64,000 nt of DNA from a virus: positions 81,863 through 145,862 of IMG/VR virus record IMGVR_UViG_3300045988_118370; one strand, given 5' to 3'. Position 1 is the first letter of the stretch; the number at the start of each line of letters is the position of its first letter. The notes below the pieces were generated by a model, which did no database searches, was not told where the DNA came from, and saw only the letters and a list, made by a program, of their open reading frames with translations. This document shows positions 1-7,153 of the stretch, in pieces. A program made the position numbers and the translations under genes.

Positions 1-215
1 TTTATAAGTCATCTTATAATCAACTTGATTGGTTTTAAGATTAATAGCCTTCCGCACTCGGATCTCTTCAAGCACTTTACCATCATTATCAAAGTCAATC
101 ATAAGATAGATTTGTTCAATTTTCTTATGACGAACACTTTTTTCCTTCATCCAAGAAGGGATATTTTTAATATCAAACTTACGTTCGATTTCCATCTTTA
201 TACTCCTTTAACTCT
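1..215 (-). CDS. hypothetical protein, partial (N-terminal part; continues past window start)
   Basis: Minus-strand ORF starting at ATG about 213-215 (MEIERKFDIKNIPSW...). GGAG-type RBS upstream on the minus strand. Runs off the window edge. Confidence 0.35.
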
Positions 216-353
216 TGGAAATAAGTAAGAATCTACTCATTTTTATCAATAATCTCTGGACTATAATTATAATACTTCATAGAAGCAATCTAATCTTTCC
301 ATTCAGCGATTAACTAATCTATAGTATAATTCATGATTTCACCTACTTACTAT

Positions 354-429
354 TGGGGTGACTGACGGAATTCGAATCCGTGACATTCTGAGCCACAATC
401 AGACGCTCTACCAACTGAGCTACAGCCAC
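354..429 (-). tRNA. tRNA-His (anticodon GTG)
   Basis: Revcomp folds as a cloverleaf. Acceptor GTGGCTG/CAGTCAC, anticodon loop TTGTGGC, T-loop TTCGAAT, CCA encoded. Confidence 0.7.
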
Positions 430-430
430 A

Positions 431-518
431 TGGTGCTTTTGGTGAGACTCGAACTCACATGAACTTTACGCCCACTAGATTCTTAGTCTAGCATGTATAC
501 CAATTCCATCACAAAAGC
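431..518 (-). tRNA. class II tRNA (Leu-like); anticodon loop CTAAGAA gives AAG by standard numbering
   Basis: 88 nt. Acceptor GCTTTTG/CAAAAGC, 3-bp D stem, long variable arm, T-arm GTGAG-TTCGAGT-CTCAC, CCA encoded. A34 is unusual. Confidence 0.6.
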
Positions 519-535
519 ATTTTCTTATTTTCATA

Positions 536-570
536 TATTTATTATATAATATTTTTTTTATAAAGTCAAA
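536..570 (-). promoter_or_regulatory. sigma70-type promoter (TTGACT-N17-TATAAT on minus strand) upstream of the tRNA pair
   Basis: Revcomp reads TTGACTTTATAAAAAAAATATTATATAAT. Confidence 0.55.
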
Positions 571-572
571 AG

Positions 573-610
573 GGCCGATGTAAAGTATATTCACTTTACA
601 TCGGCCGTCG
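573..610. terminator. perfect 13-bp-stem hairpin (bidirectional terminator candidate)
   Basis: GGCCGATGTAAAG tatattca CTTTACATCGGCC lies immediately after the stop of the 613..1752 gene. Confidence 0.6.
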
Positions 611-612
611 CG

Positions 613-1752
613 TTAATAAAGATACTGTTCAATAGTGTTTGCGACCTTAGTTAAAACAACAGACTTAATTACGCGCTCATTTTTAGCCTTTTCAATAGCT
701 TCCTTACGCTTTTCAGCATCAGTAATCGTCCAAAAGTCATCAGGATCAATGTAAACTTCAACCTTTTTCGGATCAGCTGTAATCATACCCTTTTCAATCT
801 TAATCGAATCAGGAGTCAAGGCATAACGAATAGTCTTACTATCTGAGGCATAACCATCATACCATCTTTGATGATTGGTATTAGGATTGTTAAACAAATT
901 AACTGAAGCACCATAGGTATTATATACATCACCATTTACCGTAGTAATAGTGATATTGAAACGAACATTGGAAGTCTGAGAGATATTAAGGTCTTCAAGA
1001 GTTTCTGCCACACCATAACCCTGATTAAGTTCAAAAGCAATCGCTCGAAGATAATCATAAGTCATATTAACAGTGCGAGAAAAATTCACAATATCCTTAA
1101 TACCATCTGCGTATTTAGGCTTAACCTTATCAGTCAAATACTCAACGATCTCTTCCTCAGTTGGGAAAGTAATCTTAAAATGATAATGGAAACGACCAGG
1201 TCTATTCAAAAGATAAGTGCTAAGTCGATCAACTTCATTACAAGTAATGACAAAAAGCTTCTTACCATTATCAAGACCATCAAAAAGAGAAAGCATTTCT
1301 TCCTGCGGAGAGGGGCCCGCATGGTCGTCAGAGTTATTAGAGAAATTCTTTTCAAACTCATCAAAAATAATTACGACTTCTTGCTCGATACTGGAAATAA
1401 AATCTGCGATACCAGGCATATAAGTATTAGCCAAAAGGACAGGATATCCGTTTTCAATAGCGTGATGAGAAAGAATACGAGCAAACAATGACTTACCAAT
1501 ACCCTTCTGACCACTTAAAATAACACCAAGATTACGGTCTGAATACTTAAAAGAATTAAGCACCTTATTGACTTTAACTTCGTGATTACCATAAATTTTT
1601 TCCTCATTGACCGCAAGATCTGGACGAGAAGAAAGATAAAAACCTGCCATCTTACTAAAGCAGACTTCAAAAGACATAAGCGGAAGTCGCTTATAAGTCT
1701 TAACGTCCTCGCCATAAATCTGATAGCGAGAACCAGCGTTTACAATATTCAT
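613..1752 (-). CDS. AAA+ family ATPase
   Basis: 379 aa. Walker A GQKGIGKS, Walker B VVIIFDEFE, sensor LLNRPGRF. RBS AAGAGGA 8 nt upstream. TAA stop. Confidence 0.8.
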   Translation of the reverse strand: MNIVNAGSRYQIYGEDVKTYKRLPLMSFEVCFSKMAGFYLSSRPDLAVNEEKIYGNHEVKVNKVLNSFKYSDRNLGVILSGQKGIGKSLFARILSHHAIENGYPVLLANTYMPGIADFISSIEQEVVIIFDEFEKNFSNNSDDHAGPSPQEEMLSLFDGLDNGKKLFVITCNEVDRLSTYLLNRPGRFHYHFKITFPTEEEIVEYLTDKVKPKYADGIKDIVNFSRTVNMTYDYLRAIAFELNQGYGVAETLEDLNISQTSNVRFNITITTVNGDVYNTYGASVNLFNNPNTNHQRWYDGYASDSKTIRYALTPDSIKIEKGMITADPKKVEVYIDPDDFWTITDAEKRKEAIEKAKNERVIKSVVLTKVANTIEQYLY

Positions 1753-1779
1753 ACTTAATCCTCTTAATTTAAAATTTAA

Positions 1780-1870
1780 TGGCGAAGGAGAGAGGATTCG
1801 AACCTCCGGGCCCCAAATGAGGCCAACACCTTAGCAGGGTGCCGCATTCAACCAGCTCTGCCACTCCTTC
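1780..1870 (-). tRNA. tRNA-Ser (anticodon GCT), class II
   Basis: Acceptor GAAGGAG/CTCCTTC, anticodon stem-loop GCACC-CTGCTAA-GGTGT, long variable arm, T-arm GGAGG-TTCGAAT-CCTCT, CCA encoded. Confidence 0.7.
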
Positions 1871-1962
1871 ATAATATATAAATAGAATAATTTACTGCTT
1901 AAACAGATGATATCCTCGTTTAAACCATACCACACCCTCACCCAACGCCTCAATTATTCTAT

Positions 1963-2199
1963 TTATTTACACCTATATATAATTAGCTTAGGCTTAATAC
2001 TATATCCACAATAACTACGCCAAGTGCGATAATTACTAAAAATATAATATTTTCTATCAGGTTTAATATTACCAAATAAATTTAAAACTCTCAGTCCTTG
2101 CTTATAATGAGAAGTTTTATTATTCACTTGATAATTGGCCCAATCAAGAATTTCTTGACCGCTAAAACAAGGATTTTTATAGCTTAAAATATTTTTCAT
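1963..2199 (-). CDS. hypothetical protein (78 aa)
   Basis: ORF with RBS GGAGGTAGGAT before the ATG. TAA stop. Confidence 0.5.
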   Translation of the reverse strand: MKNILSYKNPCFSGQEILDWANYQVNNKTSHYKQGLRVLNLFGNIKPDRKYYIFSNYRTWRSYCGYSIKPKLIIYRCK

Positions 2200-2608
2200 A
2201 TCCTACCTCCTCTGCTTTTCTGGACTTGGAACCAGCCTATGGTAGCATTAGATAGGCGACCGCACTTATCGTTCGCTAGGACAAAACTCGCGCTCATCGC
2301 CAAAGATCAAATCATCAACATCTTTAAACATATCAGACAATCCTCCTTCTTTATTTATTTTTATGAAACAAAATAGAGAGTAGAAAAACAATTCATTTCT
2401 ATGGAAGTGAGAGAAAACAACAATCTATATATCAAACGAAAGGGGAAATCAAACAGAAAGATAAGTAAGAAAATGAACTAGATGTAAAAGACTCTCTCTA
2501 TTGTATAGTCTTTTGTTTCTATATATTTAAATATATAGAAGAGTAGCCTTTCTAACAGGCATCCCAACAGCCTCGAGCAGCAAAGAGGTTCCTCATTTGT
2601 TGGTCTTT

Positions 2609-2684
2609 TGGTGGGCGGAGACAGAATCGAACTGCCGACGCTAGGATCTTCAATCCTACGCTCTACCAACTGAGCTATCCGCCC
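2609..2684 (-). tRNA. tRNA-Phe (anticodon GAA)
   Basis: GGGCGGATAGCTCAGTTGGTAGAGC..., anticodon arm TAGGA-TTGAAGA-TCCTA, T-loop TTCGATT, CCA encoded. Confidence 0.75.
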
Positions 2685-2898
2685 ATAATATTTATATTGC
2701 TACGATTCCCGATTCTCCACGTAGTCATTCTTCCTTTAAAATTGACTAAAAGAATGTGATATTTTATTTATCGTACTACATCAACAATATAAATAGAACA
2801 AGACGCTATAAACAATCTTAAGCATATGTATTTTGTACATTGATGTTTTAAAGTTTGCTGTTAGCGCCTTAATTATTCAAAAAGAAAGGAAAGATAAA

Positions 2899-3102
2899 TT
2901 ATGCGTTTGCGGGTTCCGCGTTCTTCGGTCTGCGGAACTTTACATAACGCTCACCATCATATCGGGACATCCAAATGATTGTGCCATCCTTAAAATGGAA
3001 ATCATAAGTAAAATCTTTATCCTGTTCATCAACCTGATGGCAAAAGCCCTTACCATACTTCTTAGAATAAACCTTGTCGCCGGGCTTAAACTTAAACTTC
3101 AT
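2899..3102 (-). CDS. hypothetical small protein (67 aa)
   Basis: ORF with RBS AAAGGAGATATCTAA before the ATG. TAA stop. Confidence 0.5.
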   Translation of the reverse strand: MKFKFKPGDKVYSKKYGKGFCHQVDEQDKDFTYDFHFKDGTIIWMSRYDGERYVKFRRPKNAEPANA

Positions 3103-3147
3103 TTAGATATCTCCTTTTGGATTATTTTAATTTACAAGACACAAATG

Positions 3148-3219
3148 AAATATTTGTTGGAATTGAACCAACTACAATTTGTTTGACAGACAAATACTCT
3201 ACCAATGAGTTAAAATACT
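3148..3219 (-). tRNA. tRNA-Asp-like (anticodon GTC), AT-rich acceptor, no encoded CCA
   Basis: D arm ACTC-ATTGGTA-GAGT, anticodon arm TTTGT-CTGTCAA-ACAAA, T arm GTTGG-TTCAATT-CCAAC, acceptor AGTATTT/AAATATT. It sits inside a spurious plus-strand ORF. Confidence 0.5.
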
Positions 3220-3300
3220 TTCAATAGAAAATGATTGCTGTGTGTGTCTTTATTACTGTGATACCTCTTAAAAGAGGGCTTACGGCATTACGCCTAATAT

Positions 3301-4080
3301 TTATATGTTTTTCCATTCATCATCAGTGTATAAATTTATAATTTTTTTTGTATTAGGTAAATTATAAGAAATACACCATTTTCTAATGGAATTATCACTT
3401 ACATGATATATATTCGCGATAGAAGTAAAACTTTTATTACGAATCAATTTTTTTAATTTATCACGAGAAGGTCTTTTAATTTTTCGATGTTCTTTAGCAG
3501 AACATTTCTAACATTTTTGACCTTTTCCGCTCCACTCTCCACCACATATAGGACAAACTTTTTTTAAAAGTTTTTTCTCTTCTTCTGGTTTATTTTTATC
3601 AAAACGAGAATAATGTAAAGGATAATTTAATTTTTCATTAAACCAAGTTCTTCCAACATTTATATCTCTAATAGTATCTTTACTAACTTTATATTTTTTA
3701 GCTAATTCCGAATGATTAACTACACCTAACTTATCATTAATTAAAATATTTTGAATATCTTGGACTTCCTAATAATTTAATTTTTGATAAATTACGCGAT
3801 AATCTCCACCTATTGTCTAATTATACTCTGGTTTATAATAATCAATCCAATAAGTTTCTCTACTATTTAGATTATCAATTTCACATTCTTCTAACACTTC
3901 AAATATAAAATTAGAAACACCATATTTTCTGAAACTTTGATATAAGGGATAATTATAGCTTTTACTCTTTTCATCTTGGGAGCTATATATATGATTTTCC
4001 CAACGTTCTGCTATATTTCTTGACTATCCAATATAACAATGATTATTTATTTTATTAGTAATTTTATAAATTCCTATCAT
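3301..4080 (-). CDS. GIY-YIG family homing endonuclease; 4 in-frame TAG codons read as sense
   Basis: N-terminus MIGIYKITNKINNHCYIG(TAG)SRNIAERWENH carries the GIY and YIG motifs. CPICGGEW zinc finger and a C-terminal HTH-like tail. RBS AAGGAG 8 nt upstream. Continuous frame of 259 aa only if TAG is sense. TAA stop. Confidence 0.75.
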
Positions 4081-4163
4081 ATTACCATCTCCTTACACTA
4101 TAATTAAAATTTTATTTAAGATAATTATAATTTTTCGACCTCGAAAGTATTTAGGTGATGATA

Positions 4164-4238
4164 TGGTTGCGGTCGGGCGATTCGAACGCCGTTTTTGGCT
4201 TATGAGGCCAACGAGCTACCTTTGCTCCACCACCGCAA
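4164..4238 (-). tRNA. tRNA with CAT anticodon (Met, fMet or Ile2)
   Basis: Anticodon arm TTGGC-CTCATAA-GCCAA, T-loop TTCGAAT, CCA encoded. One mismatch at acceptor 7-66. Confidence 0.6.
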
Positions 4239-4315
4239 TGGTCGGTCAAATTAGAATCGAACTAATATCCCTTGTCTTATGAGAACAATGCTCTACCAGT
4301 TAAGCTATTGACCGA
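4239..4315 (-). tRNA. second tRNA with CAT anticodon (Met or Ile2)
   Basis: Acceptor TCGGTCA/TGACCGA, D arm AGCTTAACTGGTAGAGC, anticodon arm TTGTT-CTCATAA-GACAA, T-loop TTCGATT, CCA encoded. Confidence 0.65.
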
Positions 4316-4474
4316 AAATAGGATAGATATAATATTCATGACTATTATATCTATTGGACTTTCTAACCTATCGTCCCAAAATTCTTAATAGACCTCATCA
4401 AATGGCCAACTTTTGTAGAGGCTTTTGTGCGACCACCTGCGCACTTACATAGACATAAGAATAATGCCAACATA

Positions 4475-4550
4475 TGGCGACCCCGACGGGTGCCGACCCC
4501 GCTATCTCCAGCGTGACAGGCTGGCGGCTCTGCTGACTGCCCCCAGGGCC
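4475..4550 (-). tRNA. tRNA-Asp (anticodon GTC)
   Basis: Anticodon arm CCAGC-CTGTCAC-GCTGG and T arm GCGGG-GTCGGCA-CCCGT resemble E. coli tRNA-Asp. Acceptor GGCCCTG/CGGGGTC pairs including G-U pairs. CCA encoded. Confidence 0.55.
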
Positions 4551-4553
4551 ATA

Positions 4554-4630
4554 TGGTACTCCCAGCCGGATTCGAACCGGCGACTCCAACGTGAAAGGCT
4601 GGTGACTTAAGTCCGCTTGTCGATGGGAGC
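4554..4630 (-). tRNA. tRNA-Glu (anticodon TTC)
   Basis: Acceptor GCTCCCA/TGGGAGT, anticodon arm CCAGC-CTTTCAC-GTTGG, T arm GCCGG-TTCGAAT-CCGGC, CCA encoded. Long D-loop. Confidence 0.55.
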
Positions 4631-4706
4631 ATATTAAATAGACTATAAAGCCGTCTATTAGGGCAAATAATATTTCAGTTCCTTACTAAAAGCGATAAAA
4701 GTAAGG

Positions 4707-4784
4707 TGGTGGCGCGAAGGGGATTCGAACCCAACTATCGCGAGAGTGAGAATCTCGCATCCTAAACCGTTAGACGACCGCGTC
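4707..4784 (-). tRNA. tRNA-Glu-like (anticodon CTC)
   Basis: Glu-type D arm TC-GTC-TAACGGTTTAG-GAT, anticodon arm CGAGA-TTCTCAC-TCTCG, T-loop TTCGAAT, CCA encoded. One acceptor mismatch and a weak T stem. Confidence 0.5.
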
Positions 4785-4939
4785 ATATTTAAGCACATCT
4801 ATCATAATCTTGATTTTTGTGCTTTTGTTTTCGCTTAAACGAGCCTTTACCTTTCTTCGCAGGAACTTTAAATCCTCTGCGCCGAAACAATTGAAGATAC
4901 TCATTAAGCTCTTCCTTATTCTTTTTCATATAACTTTTA

Positions 4940-5044
4940 TTCACGGTATTCATCCTCATCTTCATAAAGGGAAAGATCCTGATAAGCAGCATATTCATCA
5001 CTCTGAATCTCGCAAGCATAGCTTTCATAGTAATCATTATACAT
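4940..5044 (-). CDS. small acidic peptide (34 aa), uncertain
   Basis: ATG sits 8 nt after RBS AAGGAAGA in the conserved promoter-leader module. Translates MYNDYYESYACEIQSDEYAAYQDL.... The track ORF 4789..5037 in another frame has no RBS. Confidence 0.3.
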
Positions 5045-5060
5045 AATTTAAATCTTCCTT

Positions 5061-5110
5061 TCTTAACTTTCTATAAATATTATAACTTATTTTTTATAAA
5101 ATGTCAAAAG
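5061..5110 (-). promoter_or_regulatory. type-1 early promoter-leader module (TTGACA-N17-TATAAT plus conserved leader with RBS)
   Basis: Revcomp reads TTGACATTTTATAAAAAATAAGTTATAATATTTATAGAAAGTTAAGAAAGGAAG. Near-identical modules recur at about 6770-6830, 7090-7150, 14760-14830, 18590-18650, 19255-19320, 24065-24120, 28085-28150, 30840-30900 and 33735-33790. Variants at 16440-16500, 22050-22110 and 25150-25210 have TTTATT in place of TTGACA. Confidence 0.6.
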
Positions 5111-5223
5111 ATTAAAAGACCAACCAAAAGCGATATTTGTTAACGATGGTCGCCACTCCACCGCCGTCAATATTCACAAACACTTACCATTTTCACACTA
5201 ACCTACTAATTAAAGGAGGTGAC

Positions 5224-5311
5224 TGGTGCTTCGAGAGAGACTTGAACTCTCACCATCCGTTCGGATAATCGGGTTTGAGCCGATCGCGTCTGCCAATTCC
5301 GCCATCAAAGC
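5224..5311 (-). tRNA. tRNA-Leu (anticodon CAA), class II
   Basis: Acceptor GCTTTGA/TCGAAGC, anticodon arm ATCGG-CTCAAAC-CCGAT, long variable arm, T-loop TTCAAGT, CCA encoded. Confidence 0.7.
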
Positions 5312-5332
5312 ATAACTAAGAGGATTTTTAAG

Positions 5333-5462
5333 AAGAATCCTCAAAACTTCTTTCTAATCATCTAATTGGATTTTTAAGAAGAACCCTCAAAACTTCTTTC
5401 TAATCTAACGGAAGTTTTAAGAAGATCTTCCAACTTCTTTCTAATCTTAATCGCACTTTAGG
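5333..5462. repeat. three tandem ~42-bp repeats, each an AAGAAG...CTTCTT hairpin
   Basis: The unit ttttaagaagaaNcctcaaaacttctttctaatc occurs three times head-to-tail, directly upstream (minus sense) of tRNA-Leu(CAA). Confidence 0.7.
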
Positions 5463-5858
5463 GCGGCCGTCCCTTCGCGGCGTCACGATTTGCATAATTT
5501 ACTGTATTACCATTTTATTTTCCGAAAAAGGCTACAAACCAAAATGGGAGTTATTTAAGAATAACTTCTAGACTACGCTAACTGCTCAAATTTTCTCTTC
5601 TTAGTGGGAAAAACTTTCTTAGCGCTGAAACCAAAATCACTATTAGCATTTTGTATATATTATCTTATTGTATATAAGTTTTATTAATATACCTTATCTA
5701 TTATATCATTTAGTATATTGTATTAATGTTTAATTAATAAGATAATATTTCTGGCTGCTTTTATCACCAATCATATAATTGGTTATATTGGGCAATGCTC
5801 CCAAACTTGCGGTTTACTTAACCGCCGTGCTTACTCTTTACACCATATAACCATATAA

Positions 5859-5929
5859 TGGTGGACCTCGTGAGAATCGAACTCACCTGATTTTCTGTGT
5901 GCAAGACAGACGACCACGCCATGCAGTCC
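5859..5929 (-). tRNA. tRNA-like, Ala-type anticodon arm (TGC), shortened D region
   Basis: T arm GTGAG-TTCGATT-CTCAC, acceptor GGACTGC/GAGGTCC (6 of 7 pairs), anticodon arm TCTGT-CTTGCAC-ACAGA, CCA encoded. Only about 10 nt between the acceptor and anticodon stems. Confidence 0.35.
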
Positions 5930-6024
5930 CGAAGCCCGGAATGCGACTTATTTATGTATAGATGGAGTCGCCAACCACCTGCGTTCAAAGTCCGCAAGCC
6001 TTCAACGCATTCCCAGGGAGGGAT

Positions 6025-6101
6025 TGGTGCTGGAGAAAGGACTCGAACCTTCAGATTAATGATCCTAAATCATTCGTCTATGCCAATTCGACTACACCAG
6101 C
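6025..6101 (-). tRNA. class I tRNA with anticodon TAG (reads CUA; Leu-like decoding but not class II)
   Basis: Acceptor GCTGGTG/CTCCAGC, D GTC-GAATTGGCATA-GAC, anticodon arm AATGA-TTTAGGA-TCATT, short variable arm AATCT, T arm GAAGG-TTCGAGT-CCTTT, CCA encoded. Confidence 0.55.
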
Positions 6102-6120
6102 AAATAAAGAGTTTTATAAC

Positions 6121-6215
6121 CCACATCGCGAAGATTCGAACTTCGTCAACCGTTAGGACTCGAACCAACTTTTACTCTTTTGGATTCCCAGAACCCATAG
6201 CCTTGATTAATGTGA
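6121..6215 (-). other. ambiguous tRNA-like segment with two T-loop motifs
   Basis: Perfect T arm CGAAG-TTCGAAT-CTTCG plus a second GGTTCGAGTCC motif 25 nt away. A 5' acceptor candidate CACATTA pairs with CGATGTG, but I could not fold a single clean cloverleaf. Confidence 0.3.
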
Positions 6216-6341
6216 GTATAGCCACTACTTCACAATAAGTTTTACTTCGCTTTCTTATATTTAGTCGGGCGTTTTCCGCAAACCACATACTCTTTCGATC
6301 GGTGGTAGTTTAAACTTACAAAATCCGTGTTAACGCCCCAA

Positions 6342-6418
6342 TGGCGGGAGAGATAGGATTCGAACCTATGACATCTTGTTTAACAGACAAGCGCTCTAAC
6401 CAACTGAGCTACACTCCC
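6342..6418 (-). tRNA. tRNA-Asn (anticodon GTT)
   Basis: GGGAGTGTAGCTCAGTTGGTTAGAGC..., anticodon arm CTTGT-CTGTTAA-ACAAG, T arm ATAGG-TTCGAAT-CCTAT, CCA encoded. Confidence 0.7.
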
Positions 6419-6439
6419 ATAAAAGAAGGACTTTTTAAA

Positions 6440-6500
6440 ATCCTTACTTTATATATTTATTATATTATATTTTTTTTAAAAAATCAACTTTTCTCTTTTA
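6440..6500 (-). promoter_or_regulatory. promoter (TTGATT-N17-TATAAT) for tRNA-Asn; a second consensus promoter at 6530-6570
   Basis: Revcomp reads TTGATTTTTTAAAAAAAATATAATATAAT. Upstream copy reads TTGACATTTTATAAAAAATATTATATAAT. Confidence 0.5.
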
Positions 6501-6571
6501 CCCAAATTTTTTTATTTTCTTTTTTCTTTCTTCATTTTATATAAATATTATATAATATTTTTTATAAAATG

Positions 6572-6754
6572 TCAATAAGGTCTTTGAATTGGCATTAAAT
6601 CATCTTCTGAAAGAAGCCACTTTTCACCATGCTCATCAAGGACTTCAATCTGATAATTTAATACTCGAATGACAGTACATTTAAGATACTGTCTACGATA
6701 ACAACGACCACGATAAGGGACAAAACAATAAGAATTACCAACTTCAATATTCAT
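6572..6754 (-). CDS. hypothetical protein (60 aa)
   Basis: ORF with RBS GAAAGGAGAAAATAAATA before the ATG and its own type-1 promoter at 6770-6830. TGA stop. Confidence 0.5.
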   Translation of the reverse strand: MNIEVGNSYCFVPYRGRCYRRQYLKCTVIRVLNYQIEVLDEHGEKWLLSEDDLMPIQRPY

Positions 6755-6910
6755 TATTTATTTTCTCCTTTCTCAACTTTCTATATATATTATATTATAT
6801 ATTTTTAATAAAATCAAAAAAGTTCTTTTTGTTTAAGTAGATTTAACAAATTTACCACAATTTTAGTCGAAATCAGGAACACCGCGTGAAGGTATTGTGG
6901 ATAGTTCCCG

Positions 6911-6982
6911 CAGGCGCCGTAGGATTCGAACCCACACCTCAAGATTTTGGAGATCCGAATGCGACCGTTACACCAGACGCCT
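6911..6982 (-). tRNA. tRNA-Trp (anticodon CCA), no encoded CCA tail
   Basis: Acceptor AGGCGTC/GGCGCCT (A1-U72), anticodon loop CTCCAAA with a 4-bp stem, T arm GTGGG-TTCGAAT-CCTAC. Confidence 0.5.
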
Positions 6983-7003
6983 ATAAAACAAGACCTTAAC
7001 TTT

Positions 7004-7074
7004 GTCCGGAAAATGGATTTGAACCATTAACTTAATCTTAAATGATTATGACCTAACCTTTAGTCTATTCTGGA
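7004..7074 (-). tRNA. atypical tRNA-like gene with a 6-nt anticodon loop (ATTTAA)
   Basis: Acceptor TCCAGAA/TTCCGGA, D GAC-TAAAGGTTAG-GTC, perfect anticodon stem TAATC/GATTA around loop ATTTAA, T arm AATGG-TTCAAAT-CCATT. No CCA. Confidence 0.4.
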
Positions 7075-7089
7075 AGTTATTTTTGCTGT

Positions 7090-7150
7090 AAAGGTCTTTC
7101 TTTATTTTATAAATATATTATATATTATTTTTTTAAAAATGTCAAAAAAT
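7090..7150 (-). promoter_or_regulatory. type-1 promoter (TTGACA-N17-TATAAT) upstream of tRNA-Trp and the atypical tRNA
   Basis: Revcomp reads TTGACATTTTTAAAAAAATAATATATAAT. Confidence 0.55.
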
Positions 7151-7153
7151 TTT

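Noticed and set aside
431-518. The idea that the class-II tRNA at 431-518 is the amber suppressor, because its anticodon loop contains CTA
   Set aside because: With the only stem that pairs (CTAGA/TCTAG) the loop is CTAAGAA and positions 34-36 are AAG. CTA would require a shifted, non-pairing stem.
2215-2300. A possible tRNA at 2215-2300 (contains a GGTTCC-like motif)
   Set aside because: I could not fold a cloverleaf. Only a CCTAT...ATAGG hairpin forms. The region more likely holds a 21-codon micro-ORF (about 2272-2337) with an RBS, or is non-coding.
2833-3186. Track ORF 2833..3186(+), 117 aa
   Set aside because: It is antisense to the RBS-supported gene 2899..3102(-) and to the tRNA-Asp-like gene 3148-3219. 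No RBS.
4363-4632. Track ORFs 4363..4632(-), 4398..4589(-) and 4425..4610(+)
   Set aside because: They lie entirely on top of tRNA-Asp and tRNA-Glu, in GC-rich tRNA sequence, with no RBS. They are spurious.
5897-6238. Track ORFs 5897..6238(+), 5962..6156(+) and 6341..6544(+)
   Set aside because: They overlap tRNA genes on the opposite strand (5859-6215 and tRNA-Asn), have no RBS, and are on the wrong strand for this region.
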